In this document: positions 41,101 through 52,245 of the stretch, one piece after another | Layout of the letters: each line of letters opens with the position of its first letter | Position numbering within the stretch: the stretch's first letter is position 1 | NCBI GenBank assembly: GCA_965197905.1 | Contig: CBDAOB010000003.1 | Coordinates: 928,001-992,000 of the forward strand | Reading direction: 5' to 3' | Length of the DNA stretch: 64,000 nt | Source of the DNA: Candidatus Latescibacterota bacterium | GTDB taxonomy: Bacteria > Latescibacterota > UBA2968 > UBA8231 | Translations under genes and position numbers: made by a program | Notes under the pieces: generated by a model | The model's database searches: none | Told to the model about the DNA's origin: nothing | What the model saw: only the letters and a program-made list of their open reading frames with translations

Positions 41101-42276
41101 GTGGCAACTAAAACCACATACAGAGCGGTGATCGTAGGCTGTGGCTCCATAGGCTCGCGTCATATCGAAGGCTACCAGCTCTGCGACGACGTCGAAATTT
41201 CTGCCGTCGTCGATCCTCTAGAAATAGCTCGCCGCGACTACCAGGACATCTACGATATCCCTCGAGGTTATGGGACCATCGAGGAGATGCTTGCCGCGGA
41301 AAAGCCCGATCTCGTGAGTATCTGCACCTGGCATCCCCTACACGCACCGCAGACGGTGGCTGCGGCACGAGCTGGAGCGAAAGGCATTCTGTGCGAAAAG
41401 CCAATGTGTGTGGATTTGGGGGAAGCCGACAGCATGATCGAAACGTGCGAGCGCAGCGGCACCCGTCTCGTTGTCAGCCACCAACGCCGTTTCACTCCCG
41501 GTTGGGAGAGGGCACGGGAACTCGTCAATTCGGGTGCCATAGGTGGCCCGCTACGGGTGGACATCAACGTGTTGGAGGGTTTGCACAACCGTGGCACCCA
41601 CACCATTGACGGCGCCTTGTTCGTCCTGAACGATCCACCGGTGCGATGGGTAATGGGTGCGGTCGAGCGCCGCACCGATCGTTGGGAACGAGATATTCCT
41701 ATCGAAGACTGCTGCGTGGGGCTGATCCACTGTGAAAATGACACCCAGATCTTCATACAGTCGGACACCTACAACGAAGCGGCAGTTGTCGCCGCCGGCT
41801 TCGATATCCGCGGCTCAGATGGCATGCTCTGGGTTCGCGAGGATCAGGTACGACTCTTTGACAGCGAAAGTAGCGGTTGGCAGGACGTCCCATTACGCAT
41901 GAAGCGCGAGGAGATCTGCGCCATCGGCGGACACTCCAACGGTGACCAAGCCCGGGAGCACATCGCCTGGATCGAGGGTCGGCAAGAAGGGCACCGCAAC
42001 GCAGGTCGCACCGCGCGTGCAACCGTTGAGGTTATGATGGGGTTATTCGAATCAGCGCGACAACACCAGGTCGTCCGCTTCCCTCTCCAGGAGAAGGCGT
42101 ACCCACTGGCGCTGATGATCGACGAAGGAAAGCTGCCCGTCAAGATCGAGGGCCGCAACGACATCCGCGGATTCCTGAGACGTGATAGAATTGACAATGA
42201 TGCCTACCGCCGTCTGCGCGATCAGGGTATGCATCACCACCAGGCGATGTTCGAGCTCAGTCTGGCGTCAGAATGA
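41101..42276 (+). CDS. Gfo/Idh/MocA oxidoreductase
   Basis: VGCGSIG, ILCEKPM, HQRRF, GTHTID. Confidence 0.92.
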   Translation: MATKTTYRAVIVGCGSIGSRHIEGYQLCDDVEISAVVDPLEIARRDYQDIYDIPRGYGTIEEMLAAEKPDLVSICTWHPLHAPQTVAAARAGAKGILCEKPMCVDLGEADSMIETCERSGTRLVVSHQRRFTPGWERARELVNSGAIGGPLRVDINVLEGLHNRGTHTIDGALFVLNDPPVRWVMGAVERRTDRWERDIPIEDCCVGLIHCENDTQIFIQSDTYNEAAVVAAGFDIRGSDGMLWVREDQVRLFDSESSGWQDVPLRMKREEICAIGGHSNGDQAREHIAWIEGRQEGHRNAGRTARATVEVMMGLFESARQHQVVRFPLQEKAYPLALMIDEGKLPVKIEGRNDIRGFLRRDRIDNDAYRRLRDQGMHHHQAMFELSLASE

Positions 42277-43091
42277 ATGATAGTTCAATGAAGCTGACCG
42301 AAACGCAATTGCAACAGTTCGACACCGAAGGCTGGGTGTTGATACCCAACCTATTTAACCACGAAGAGATCGACATACTCTCTGGAGAGTTGCCGGATAT
42401 TTTTGCCATGGATCGAGAGGAGGTCTGGCGTGAGAGCGATGGCGAAGCGGTACGTACCGCTTTTGCGGCTCACACCTACAACGAGGCGTTTCGACGTCTG
42501 GGCTGCCATCCACGTCTGATAGAACCGGTGATGCAGCTTCTCGACGGGCCCGTATATATTCACCAGTACAAGATCAATGGAAAGGCCGCCTTCAACGGCG
42601 ACGTCTGGCAATGGCACCAGGACTACGGCATTTGGTCGCGTGACGATCAGATGCCGGAGGCCAGAGCGATGAACATCGCGTTGTTCCTCGACGAGGTGAC
42701 CGAGTTCAACGGACCTCTCTACATCCTACCGCGCAGCCACAAACAGGGTGTGATCGCCGCCGGCCACGACACTCTGACAACCTCCTACCCCCTGTGGACG
42801 TTGGACAAAGAAACGGTTTCCAAGCTGGCTGACGAAGGTGGCATCGTCGCGCCGAAAGGCAAGCCGGGAGCCGTGATCCTTTTCCATTCGAACATCGTGC
42901 ACGCTTCTGCGCCCAACATCAGTCCTTGGGACAGGGTCATCGTCTACCTGAGCCTATGTCATGTGGACAACCACATCCGCCAGTTCAAACGCCCCGAGTG
43001 GGTCGCCCACCGCGATTTCGCGCCGATCGAGCCACTGAACGACGACTGTCTGTTGGAATTGGCGGGAGGTGACCATGAGGTGGCCGACTAA
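42273..43091 (+). CDS. Phytanoyl-CoA dioxygenase family (proline/ectoine hydroxylase-like)
   Basis: HPRL, HQYKINGK, WQWHQDYG, NGPL..LPRSH, VHASAPNISPWDR. Confidence 0.92.
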   Translation: MNDSSMKLTETQLQQFDTEGWVLIPNLFNHEEIDILSGELPDIFAMDREEVWRESDGEAVRTAFAAHTYNEAFRRLGCHPRLIEPVMQLLDGPVYIHQYKINGKAAFNGDVWQWHQDYGIWSRDDQMPEARAMNIALFLDEVTEFNGPLYILPRSHKQGVIAAGHDTLTTSYPLWTLDKETVSKLADEGGIVAPKGKPGAVILFHSNIVHASAPNISPWDRVIVYLSLCHVDNHIRQFKRPEWVAHRDFAPIEPLNDDCLLELAGGDHEVAD

Positions 43092-43151
43092 CCGCCATTC
43101 TACTGTGCTTTTCGTCGTGCGAATCAGGTGGATTGAAGTGAGATCACCAGT

Positions 43152-43703
43152 ATGGCGATGACCCCGAATACGAGAAAAGGAATATGGGTCCTAGCTGCCA
43201 TCCTGTTCGCTGCCGGCAGCATTAAGATTCACCACTTCGTCAAGATCGAGTTGCGCCAGCGCGGTTTTGTTTCTGTTGACAAACTCGGTGATATCGAGGT
43301 CGGTAGTGAGTCGCCGCTTTTTTCTACCTCTGATCTGCAGGGAGAGCCGGTTGTACTCGCGGATTTCCAGGGTCGCAAGGTAGTTCTCTTGGATTTCTGG
43401 GCCACCTGGTGTACTCCGTGTTTGCTCGCCATGCCGGAGTTGCAGAAGCTGCACGAGGAATACTGGGGCCGCGGGGTTGAAATCCTTGCAGTCAATCTCG
43501 GTGAAGGGCCCAAACGCATTCGGGAATTCGTAGAAAGAAGAGGCTATACCTTTCGTGTGGTGGAGGACCGCAATTCCGACGTCGGCAAGATTTTCGGGGT
43601 CACTTCAATACCGGTACAAGTGGTGGTTGGCATGAACGGACGCGTAGAGTGGATTCAGGTCGGCTACGACCCGAAGAAGATGGAGGAACTCGGCAGCTGC
43701 TAG
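43152..43703 (+). CDS. TlpA-family disulfide reductase; last residues probably frameshifted
   Basis: LLDFWATWCTPC, N-terminal TM; adding one C at ~43691 gives ELRQLLDRLV ending at 43750. Confidence 0.88.
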   Translation: MAMTPNTRKGIWVLAAILFAAGSIKIHHFVKIELRQRGFVSVDKLGDIEVGSESPLFSTSDLQGEPVVLADFQGRKVVLLDFWATWCTPCLLAMPELQKLHEEYWGRGVEILAVNLGEGPKRIREFVERRGYTFRVVEDRNSDVGKIFGVTSIPVQVVVGMNGRVEWIQVGYDPKKMEELGSC

Positions 43704-43758
43704 ACAGATTGGTTCGAGACGTCCCGCCCCTCGGGTCGGCTGCAATGTGAGCTCAGGC

Positions 43759-44670
43759 ATGAGTGTGATTCGAACAGAAAATCTCGGCAAGACATACAGA
43801 GGGGGCACCGTTGCGCTCCAGGGTCTCGATTTGGAGGTTGGAGAAGCCGAGGTCTTCGGTTTTCTCGGACCCAATGGCGCCGGCAAGTCGACGACCATTC
43901 AGCTGTTGCTCAATTTCATTCGTCCGAGTGCGGGCTGTGCTTATCTGTTCGATCACCCGGTAACCAGCTCACAGGCGCGGCGGAAACTCGGATTCCTGCC
44001 GGAGTCGGTGAATTTGCACAGCTACTACAGTGGGCAGCGGGTGCTGGAGTTTTATGGTGGCTTAGTGGGAATCCCTTCCGCTGACCGTGCTCGGACGGCG
44101 GCAGAATTACTTGAGCGAGTGGGCATCCAGGATGCGGCCGAACAAAAAATCTCGAAGTATTCCAAGGGCATGCTGCAAAGACTGGGGTTGGCTCAGGCGC
44201 TGCTCAGCGATCCAGACCTGCTAATTCTCGACGAGCCCACATCCAATCTCGACGCAATTGCCCGCCGGGATTTCCGCGATGTCCTGCTGCAGCTCAAATC
44301 AAACGGAAAAACAGTATTCATTTGTTCGCACATCCTCTCGGAGGTTAAATCGGTGTGCGACCGGGTGGCGATTCTTCAGCAGGGGAAGTTGAATCGAGTC
44401 GGGACATTGGAGGAGTTGTCAGCGGCAAAGGGGTCGCGAATCGTTGTGACCGAGTTACCGGCAAGGGTGGTCGAGGCGTTGTCAGCTACTGCAGCTCGCA
44501 CTACGGTGACGCAAGGGATAGCTACCATTGAATGCGACGACGAAACAGTTCGCCACGAGGTAGAGCGCATTCTCGACAGCAGCGAGGTAGAGGTCGAGCG
44601 CGTCGAGACCGAGACGCAATCGCTGGAGGAAATCTTCTTTGGCGCCATCGAACCGAAGGAGGAGTCATGA
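43759..44670 (+). CDS. ABC transporter ATP-binding protein
   Basis: GPNGAGKST, YSKGMLQR, LILDEPT, SHIL. Confidence 0.95.
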   Translation: MSVIRTENLGKTYRGGTVALQGLDLEVGEAEVFGFLGPNGAGKSTTIQLLLNFIRPSAGCAYLFDHPVTSSQARRKLGFLPESVNLHSYYSGQRVLEFYGGLVGIPSADRARTAAELLERVGIQDAAEQKISKYSKGMLQRLGLAQALLSDPDLLILDEPTSNLDAIARRDFRDVLLQLKSNGKTVFICSHILSEVKSVCDRVAILQQGKLNRVGTLEELSAAKGSRIVVTELPARVVEALSATAARTTVTQGIATIECDDETVRHEVERILDSSEVEVERVETETQSLEEIFFGAIEPKEES

Positions 44671-45467
44671 CGGCGATTCTCCTTATCGCGGTCGACAGCG
44701 TCCGAGCGTTGCTTCATCAGCGTCTGTTGGTGGTGCTCATGTTGGTGACGTTGGGCTTGACCGTCCTGTTCTCGGTATTGCTAACCGAGGCCGAGGAATG
44801 GATTCCTCAGAGTTTCGAAAACGCTTCCGCTGCGCGGGAAGGTGTCGATGAGGAAACCATAGAGAATATGCACAAGGGGACGAGATTGGCTGGTGCCTTC
44901 TTTGTCGCCGGATTCTACTGGTTTTCCGCGCTCGGGGGAACAGTGGTAGCACTGTTCATCTGCTCGTTCGCTGTTGCGACGGACATCCGGAATGGCACCA
45001 TCCAAATTACCCTGTCCAAACCGGTGTCTCGATCGCTGTTCCTTCTCGGCAAGTACTTCGGTGCCATCGCGGCAATGATCGGTTATTCGATTCTCAGCGG
45101 CATCGCCCTGGTGATTTTTGCCTACTCGAATCAGCTGGAGTTGAATCTGGCGGCGCGCTATGCGCCCTGGCTGATGTTTTGCCATAATCTCATGGTAGGG
45201 TCTGTGGCACTGTGCCTCTCGCTCTTGATACACCCTCTCATAGCCGCCGTCGTGGCCTATTTCGCCAGCGCCAGTTTTCTCTCACCGCCCAATCCACTCT
45301 ATTTCATCCTTCCCAGTTATGACCGCTACAACGTCTTTACCCTGATTTTCGGTGGCCGCTTCGTCCCACTGGAAGAGATCTTCGTTCTCACCCTCTACGC
45401 GTTCGATGTTGCGGCGATATTTCTGCTGTTGGCGGTGTGGAGATTTCGCACCAAAGAGCTATTGTAG
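44667..45467 (+). CDS. ABC-2 type permease
   Basis: DIRNGTIQITLSKPVSR..FLLGK; ATGA overlap; RBS AGGAGG. Confidence 0.9.
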   Translation: MTAILLIAVDSVRALLHQRLLVVLMLVTLGLTVLFSVLLTEAEEWIPQSFENASAAREGVDEETIENMHKGTRLAGAFFVAGFYWFSALGGTVVALFICSFAVATDIRNGTIQITLSKPVSRSLFLLGKYFGAIAAMIGYSILSGIALVIFAYSNQLELNLAARYAPWLMFCHNLMVGSVALCLSLLIHPLIAAVVAYFASASFLSPPNPLYFILPSYDRYNVFTLIFGGRFVPLEEIFVLTLYAFDVAAIFLLLAVWRFRTKELL

Positions 45468-45537
45468 ATTCGGTCGGTCGCTTGGGTTGTCCTGACCGGC
45501 TGGCTAGCAGCGTAGAGTTGTCAATCGAGAACATCGA

Positions 45538-46332
45538 ATGGACAGACCCGATCCAGCTCTTCTCGTCACCCAGAGCACAGCCACTTGGCGCTACGGCGTT
45601 CTGATAGCTGCCGTATTCGGTTCACTCATTTGGGCGTTGAGCCTGAATCCGATTCCACAGGACACTGAATACCATTTATTCGCCGACAAGCGGACATTCG
45701 TTGGCATTCCGAATTTTCTCGATGTCATGTCGAATCTTCCCTTTCTAATCGTCGGCCTCCTCGGTGTGCAATTTTGTCATCGATTGGAGCTTGGTGCCGT
45801 CGGCCGTGCCTGGCTAGTCCTGTTTGTTGGAATCGCTTTTGTCAGCGTCGGCTCGGCGTACTATCACTGGAACCCGACGAATCAGTCTCTGGTCTGGGAT
45901 CGAATCCCGATGACGATGGCGTTCATGGGTTTGTTTGTCTCCCTTCTCGGCGAGTATTTGGGATATCGGCTTGCCGCGATCCTGCTGGTCCCGGCAGTGC
46001 TTCTTGGGATAGCAACGGTATTATATTGGGCTCTATTCGACGACTTGCGGCTCTATTACTGGGTTCAGCTGGCTCCATTGCTGACTATCCCGGCGGCGAT
46101 GATGCTGTTTCAGAGCAGGTACACTCGCGATTGGCTCCTGCTGGTGGCGCTTGGGTGTTATGCGCTCGCCAAGGTTGCAGAGGTTTACGATCAGGCGATA
46201 TTTCGTGCTACATCTGAGGTCGTCAGTGGACACACGCTCAAGCATCTCCTGGCGGCGGCAGGGTGCTACACCGTTCTCTGGATGTTGCAGAGCAGAAATC
46301 CAAGGCAAGAGTTAGCGGCTGACAGTGCCTAG
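45538..46332 (+). CDS. Alkaline phytoceramidase-like (CREST) membrane protein
   Basis: YHLFADKR, SNLPF, GSAYYH, WDRIPM, SGHTLKH. Confidence 0.85.
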   Translation: MDRPDPALLVTQSTATWRYGVLIAAVFGSLIWALSLNPIPQDTEYHLFADKRTFVGIPNFLDVMSNLPFLIVGLLGVQFCHRLELGAVGRAWLVLFVGIAFVSVGSAYYHWNPTNQSLVWDRIPMTMAFMGLFVSLLGEYLGYRLAAILLVPAVLLGIATVLYWALFDDLRLYYWVQLAPLLTIPAAMMLFQSRYTRDWLLLVALGCYALAKVAEVYDQAIFRATSEVVSGHTLKHLLAAAGCYTVLWMLQSRNPRQELAADSA

Positions 46333-46355
46333 GTCAGCGGCTGTGGGCGGACAAC

Positions 46356-47345
46356 GTGGAATATCGCAGGCTGGGCGATTCGGATATCGAAGTCTCGGTG
46401 ATGGGGTTGGGTTGCTGGCCCTTCGCTGGGGGCTCCTTCTGGGGCGATCAGGATGACGACGATTCCGTGTCAACCATCCACGCGGCGCTGGACGTTGGCA
46501 TCAACCTCTTCGATACCGCAGAGGGGTACGAGGAGGGATATTCCGAACGCGTTCTGGGACGGGGTCTGGAAGGCAGGCGAGACCAAGCTGTTGTCGCAAC
46601 AAAGCTGGGTCCGAGTTTCCTGACCCCGGAAGGTATTGTGTCCGCTTGCGAAGCGAGTCTCGAAAACCTCCGGACAGACCATATCGATCTGTATCAGATC
46701 CACTGGCCCAACCACGACATCCCGATCGAGACCTCCTGGCGTGCGCTCGAGGGGTTGGTGACCTCCGGCAAAGTGCGGGCGCTGGGTGTTTCGAACTTCG
46801 GTGTAGGTGATTTATCAGACCTGCTAGAGGTGGGCCGTCCACAAACGAATCAGTTGCCCTGCAGCATGCTCTGGCGTGCGATCGAGTACGAGATTCTTCC
46901 ACTTTGTCTTGAAAAGGGCGTTGGAATAATCTGCTACAGCCCGCTGGCACAAGGGCTGTTGACGGGACGGTACGATACGGCTGACGAAGTGCCAGATGGG
47001 CTGGCGCGGACTCGGTGGTATTCGCAAGAACGTTCGCTGGCGAAACATGGCGACTCCGGATGTGAAGAAGCGGTTTTCCGCGCTATTGAGGGCATCCGTG
47101 AGGTCAGCGAGAAGATCGGCGCCCCTATGGCCTCCGTGGCCCTTGCATGGGTCAGGCAAAAGGCGGGCGTGACCTCGTTTCTCGTGGGTGCCCGAAGTCC
47201 CGCCGAACTCGAGCGGAATCTGCCGTCTCTGTCGCTTGAGCTGGACGTGGCGACGACGGCTGAGCTCAACCGACTCACGCACCCCGTAATGGAAGCGATC
47301 GGGAGAAATCCGGACATGTGGATGTCTGACTCCCGGATTCGGTGA
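46356..47345 (+). CDS. Aldo/keto reductase
   Basis: FDTAEGY, IDLYQIHWP, GVSNF, YSPLAQGLLTG. Confidence 0.95.
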   Translation: MEYRRLGDSDIEVSVMGLGCWPFAGGSFWGDQDDDDSVSTIHAALDVGINLFDTAEGYEEGYSERVLGRGLEGRRDQAVVATKLGPSFLTPEGIVSACEASLENLRTDHIDLYQIHWPNHDIPIETSWRALEGLVTSGKVRALGVSNFGVGDLSDLLEVGRPQTNQLPCSMLWRAIEYEILPLCLEKGVGIICYSPLAQGLLTGRYDTADEVPDGLARTRWYSQERSLAKHGDSGCEEAVFRAIEGIREVSEKIGAPMASVALAWVRQKAGVTSFLVGARSPAELERNLPSLSLELDVATTAELNRLTHPVMEAIGRNPDMWMSDSRIR

Positions 47346-47436
47346 GCTGGGCGCGAATCCGCCGCTTTGGACGACGAAGTCGCGGAATTGGTTGTCATTT
47401 TTCCCACGAGAGGATGCTCCTCCCGTCTTGATTGAC

Positions 47437-49041
47437 TCAACCCTCGGTTGGCTCGAGTCGGACAGGGAGACGAACCCGAAAGGTCGTCCCACTGCCCAGC
47501 TCACTGCTAACCTTGATCGAACCATGGTGGGCTTCGACAATCTGATGCACGATCGAAAGCCCTAGCCCTGTACCGACGCCCACGCCCTTGGTCGTGAAGC
47601 CTGGGTCGAAGACACGACCGAGATCTTCGGGTGCGATTCCGCGACCCGTGTCACGGATCACGATGGTCACAAACTCGTCTTGCTGCGCGGCATTGACGAA
47701 GATGTCGCCGGGACCATCGATCGCCTGACTGGCGTTGACTAGCAGATTCATAAGCAGTTGGTTGATCTGGTTGGCATAGCACTCCAACAGCGGCGACTTC
47801 GTCTCGTCGACATGAATTGTGATGCGGCCATCGGTCTCGTGCCGTAACAAGGGTAACGTTTCGTTGATCGCGGCGACTATGTCGATGCTGTCCACTTCGG
47901 CTTGGTCGAGCCGAGTGAAGCGTCGCAGTCCGCTGACCACTCCCGCGATCCGCTCGATGGCCTGGCCGGTGATGTCCAGCATGTTGCCAGCGCTTTCGAT
48001 CAGCCGATCGTGCGCGCGACTCGTCGCAGCTTTGTCTGCGAAGCTTGCTTCGAATTTCTCGACAATCAGCTTCAGGGTCTGATGGTTGCTCTTGATCGCG
48101 CCTAGCGGCGTGTTGATTTCGTGTGCGACACCGGCGACCAATCGTCCGAGGGCGGCCATCTTATCCCTGAGAACGAGCTCGTTTTGCGTAGTCTCGAGCT
48201 CAGCTACCGCCGCCTCGAGCTCGGCGGTGCGTTCTGCCACACGTCGCTCGAGCGTGGCGTTGAGCTTCGAGATTTCAGCCTCGGCCTCCTTCAGCTTCGT
48301 AACATCGAGCGCCGTACCCACCATCCGACTAGGGTTGCCCTCGTCATCGCGAATCAGCTCGCCATGGGCATGAAGGATGCGGATTTCGCCGTCAGGTCGA
48401 ACTAATCGGTGCAAAAAATCGAGTGACGCACCGCCATAGGCGGCTTCAACCAACCCGGCTACGCGCTCCTGGTCGTCCGGATGGACGCGTTCGAGGAAAG
48501 CCTCGTATGACGCCTCGAAGTCCTCCGGCGTAGTGCCGTAGATTCGATGAAGCTCCTCGGACCACGTAACATTGTTCTCGGCAATGTCCCACTCCCATGA
48601 TCCGAGATGGGCCACGCGCTGTGCTTCGGTCAGCTTTCGCTGGCTATCGCGGAGAGATTGTTCCCGCTCAGTTCGTTCGCTTATGTCGCGGAGGAAGGCG
48701 CTAAAGATATTCTGGTCCCCCACGCGCAAGGAGCAGACTCCGAGCTCGACATGGAACTCATGGCCGTCACGATGGAGTGCTTCGATCTCGATGTTGCGAC
48801 CAATAATGCGAGCCTCACCAGTCTCGAGGAATTGTCTTAATCCATCTTTGTGACGTTGCCGGTAGCGTTCCGGCATGATCAGTTCGGACAGATCCCGACC
48901 GATCGCTTCTTCCCTCGTCCAGCCAAAGGTGGTTTCGGCGTGGCCGTTCCAGCCGGTTACCGTCCCATGCTCTGACATGGTAATCGCGGCGTCGATCGCA
49001 GAGTCGAGTATCCACCGGACTTGGTCTACGAGATCATCCAT
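47437..49041 (-). CDS. Two-PAS sensor histidine kinase
   Basis: Two PAS domains, H-box AHEINTP, NLLVNA, DTGRGI, FTTK, GTGLGL; start 49041 or 49056. Confidence 0.93.
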   Translation of the reverse strand: MDDLVDQVRWILDSAIDAAITMSEHGTVTGWNGHAETTFGWTREEAIGRDLSELIMPERYRQRHKDGLRQFLETGEARIIGRNIEIEALHRDGHEFHVELGVCSLRVGDQNIFSAFLRDISERTEREQSLRDSQRKLTEAQRVAHLGSWEWDIAENNVTWSEELHRIYGTTPEDFEASYEAFLERVHPDDQERVAGLVEAAYGGASLDFLHRLVRPDGEIRILHAHGELIRDDEGNPSRMVGTALDVTKLKEAEAEISKLNATLERRVAERTAELEAAVAELETTQNELVLRDKMAALGRLVAGVAHEINTPLGAIKSNHQTLKLIVEKFEASFADKAATSRAHDRLIESAGNMLDITGQAIERIAGVVSGLRRFTRLDQAEVDSIDIVAAINETLPLLRHETDGRITIHVDETKSPLLECYANQINQLLMNLLVNASQAIDGPGDIFVNAAQQDEFVTIVIRDTGRGIAPEDLGRVFDPGFTTKGVGVGTGLGLSIVHQIVEAHHGSIKVSSELGSGTTFRVRLPVRLEPTEG

Positions 49042-49061
49042 GAGAGAATCCCCCATGCGCG

Positions 49062-49220
49062 CGTAATACCGGGCGAGATCTCGACGTGCTCGAGTCCCAT
49101 TATGAGCAGGGAGGGCCAGAGCAGATCGATGAACTGTGCGGCGAGAAAGAGGGTGCCCAATGAAATGGCTGGAACCGCCGCTTTCAGACCCAATCCGACG
49201 CCGAAATGACCGACAAACAT
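49062..49220 (-). pseudogene. N-terminal fragment of a membrane metal-dependent hydrolase-like protein
   Basis: MFVGHFGVG...LFLAAQFIDLLWP...EHVEISPGIT, then runs into the kinase leader; RBS GAGGA. Confidence 0.7.
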
Positions 49221-49292
49221 GGCAATCCTCCTATCGACCAAGCTCACCTGCCGATACGAAACGCAGCGGAATAGCGGTCAGGTGCAGCTTTG

Positions 49293-49400
49293 CTAGGTGT
49301 CGTTACTATGCTCCGCAGTTATAACTACATTTCCCTTCTTGTGTCCTTTATCGACATACCTGTGAGCTTCGGCAATCAGTTTCAACGGATAGCGTCTATC
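49293..49400 (-). pseudogene. C-terminal fragment of an NAD(P)-dependent alcohol dehydrogenase (MDR)
   Basis: Reads [35 protein letters not shown]; absent from the ORF track. Confidence 0.75.
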
Positions 49401-50425
49401 CCATCTCGATCAAGGTGCCACCAGGGTACAAGAATCAAACCGTGTTTTGACAGGATGGGTCTTCTATCCGGTGCAGCGGTCGCAGCTTCACCGCTAAACA
49501 CCCGAGGATACAAGTCGAGCAGGGAGCCAAGCGCTATTTCGTCGATACCTTCATACAAGAGGATGCCTCTGTCGGTTCTGTTCCAGAGGAACCCGGCGGT
49601 CATGAAGAGGGCAACGAAATCGGTGGTCTTGAAATCAAAGGGGTCAACTCGCCGGGGATGGAGGGATAGATCATAGTGGAGTTTTTGAGCAGTCTCTTTC
49701 GCCACATCCTCTCCGACAGCTCTATTGAGAGCCTGGAATGTAGCGTCTATGGAGGCCGTAACGCCCGCCGATGTGATGATGTTTCCATCCTCGACGAAAC
49801 GGACTCCCCGCGTCCACTGGGTGTCCGGGTATTTCTGTTCCAGATCGCCGAATGATAGATAGTGACTGCTGGCTCGTCGGTTCTGGAGCAGACCCGCCTC
49901 AGCCAGCACTCGAGCTCCCTTGCATACGGAGACCAGCCATTGGCTTCGCTTGGAATTGCGCTGTATCCACTCCACGATGGTCTTGTTCTCCGGATCTGCG
50001 ATATTGGGGACGAGAATCAGATCCGGGGGGCCGCCAAGCTTTCTTTCTAGCTCTTCAAAAGAGAAGTGCGGCATGATATCAGCGCCACTCCAAAAGGGGG
50101 ATAGAGTGCGTTCGGGTGCCACCGTGACGACGTTCAGCGCCTCCGACGAGGCGAGTATACCGTAAGGTGCCAGCAAGTCTGTGGTTTCCGTTCCACCATT
50201 GCTAAGCACCACGGCTGCTGTCGGTTTTTTCGGATCGATTTCAGGGGAGTAGGACAGCTCGGGCCACTGCCCGACTAGCGGTTCCGAGGCGGAAACCTCC
50301 ATCCAGTCCCCTACGACTTTTAGCGCCACAATCAAACCAACTAGGAGAGGAGGCACGAGAAAAGTTGCTCCATAGAGCAGGATGCTCAGGAGTCGGCGCC
50401 TTGTCGAAGGGCGGCTTTCCTTCAT
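49382..50425 (-). CDS. DJ-1/PfpI family protein, C-terminally truncated
   Basis: [36 protein letters not shown]; second domain ends abruptly. Confidence 0.8.
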   Translation of the reverse strand: MKESRPSTRRRLLSILLYGATFLVPPLLVGLIVALKVVGDWMEVSASEPLVGQWPELSYSPEIDPKKPTAAVVLSNGGTETTDLLAPYGILASSEALNVVTVAPERTLSPFWSGADIMPHFSFEELERKLGGPPDLILVPNIADPENKTIVEWIQRNSKRSQWLVSVCKGARVLAEAGLLQNRRASSHYLSFGDLEQKYPDTQWTRGVRFVEDGNIITSAGVTASIDATFQALNRAVGEDVAKETAQKLHYDLSLHPRRVDPFDFKTTDFVALFMTAGFLWNRTDRGILLYEGIDEIALGSLLDLYPRVFSGEAATAAPDRRPILSKHGLILVPWWHLDRDGIDAIR

Positions 50426-50747
50426 CGTTGAACGGGATCCCACGTCGATTCCTACTGTGACAAGGCAGTCGAAGCCAAGGAGGTCGACAGGCCGATCGTG
50501 AGGAATGATGGGATAGACATGCAGGATGTGACGCACCGCAAGAGCACCACCTCTCAGTGATCAACGCGGGCTATTGGACGCCTACGTCGGAAGGTTGGGA
50601 AGTTGGATGATCTAAATGCTACTGATCTTTCGCATGATCGAGAAGCCAGAGTACGCGCTTAACGGCTGCGGAGCTACGAAGACCTCATCTTGTGCACTAT
50701 CGCGACGTATCTGGATAAGTTCTTTACAGTCTCGGGCATCAGACTGC

Positions 50748-51173
50748 CTACTCCGTGAACTCGATCACGTCGGCTCGAATGGTGAGGGAAACGTCGTTGT
50801 ATACGAGGAAATTGCGGGTAGCCGCATCGTAGCGGACGTTGGCAAGGGCCAAACGTCGACCCGCCCCCTCGCCGTGTTCGGCCGCGAATGCCTGCCACAA
50901 GCTCTCGATGGCTTCGGTGTAGAGCTTGCCCGTTCCGGTGAGACGATACAAGGACACGGACCCGGTCTGCGGTCCGTTGGAGAAGGCAATGCCGATCAAA
51001 TAGGCCGCCTCAGCCTCGCCGGACACACTGGTCGCCACCACCTTGAAGTTGGGCTCCGACAGCTCCACCAGGGTTAAGTTCCCAGCGGCAAAAAAGCCCG
51101 CCTGGGCACACCCAGTCAGGGCGGCCGCCAGGACGACGGCCAGAAACATGAGTACAGCAGCGAACTTGGGCAT
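50748..51173 (-). CDS. Lipoprotein (DUF6567-like)
   Basis: Lipobox LTGC; VELSEPNFKVV, ADVIEF; RBS GAGGAGG. Confidence 0.75.
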   Translation of the reverse strand: MPKFAAVLMFLAVVLAAALTGCAQAGFFAAGNLTLVELSEPNFKVVATSVSGEAEAAYLIGIAFSNGPQTGSVSLYRLTGTGKLYTEAIESLWQAFAAEHGEGAGRRLALANVRYDAATRNFLVYNDVSLTIRADVIEFTE

Positions 51174-51545
51174 GTGCAGCCTCCTCGTGACATGCTCGAT
51201 GAACGCATTCGGACACTCCAGACGCTCGTTCGATACTGTAACACCGTTACTTGGTCAAATCAATATCGGCCATACTGGGGAAGAAATCAGTGAAAGGTGT
51301 GAGCAAACGACACCCTGAACGGGTCCTTACTTGATGTTTTGATTGAAGTTGGGGACCTGCGCGATTTTCTGCTAGTGTACGGACCATTTTTTGGGGTCGC
51401 GGTCCGCACCCGGGCGACGCCCGCATCACGTATGACGGTTGCAGGCGCAAAAATTTGCCGGATTGTTTTTCGCGCGTCGATCTTCAAACGAATCAACAAG
51501 TGCTTCGACTACTTCTCTGACAGCGTGATCGATCGTTCCAGAGAT

Positions 51546-51839
51546 CTATGGTCGGGCGGAGACATTTGCTGTGTAAGCCGAGGCGGCTAATCTGACCGCC
51601 GGCCTTCGCTTTTCGACTCGATATTGATATACTGCCGAATTCACTTCTCGCCACGTGAAACCCACAGACCTGAGTATTCGCCGAAGTTCAACAAACGCCG
51701 TCTGCGGACTATCAAACTCGTCGTTTGTCCTTGCGCGAAGGTCGCGGGAAGTGCAATCTTTCGACCTAACGACCTCGTGAGCCTCAGCACGGTACACTCC
51801 GGGCGAAACCTCCTGGAGGAGAAAACGTAGTTGCAGCAT
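51546..51839 (-). CDS. Hypothetical protein
   Basis: ORF from MLQLRF with purine-rich GGAAGA upstream; no family recognised. Confidence 0.35.
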   Translation of the reverse strand: MLQLRFLLQEVSPGVYRAEAHEVVRSKDCTSRDLRARTNDEFDSPQTAFVELRRILRSVGFTWREVNSAVYQYRVEKRRPAVRLAASAYTANVSARP

Positions 51840-52245
51840 TTCGGATTCTTCCGCTATGGCCCTGGCTGATTCCAGGCACATATTGTTTTTCGGCTAGAAT
51901 CACGAAAAACTTCACAAAAAGCCGCATTACCTCACGACCATCAGTTCGTCTCCGGATTGACTCGCTCAATCGCCCGCCTTCCCTTCGCCGTCGGTGCCAA
52001 GCTGAACGTCATGTCCTTGCCCTCGCCGGTTTTCCCAGACCAAGGTTGCCGTACTCCAGTTCCCTCAGCACAGAATCAATGAACCGTACCCGGTTAAACA
52101 TCTCGGTTCCCTCTCGGGTCCAAAGATGAGACGAGCACCGTCGATACGTGGAGGATCTGCCCCATGATATGGCACACACCGAAGGAAATCTCTCTGCTTA
52201 TCCTGGCTGCCCGGTACTGACGTATTATAAAGAAGGTTGCGAGCA

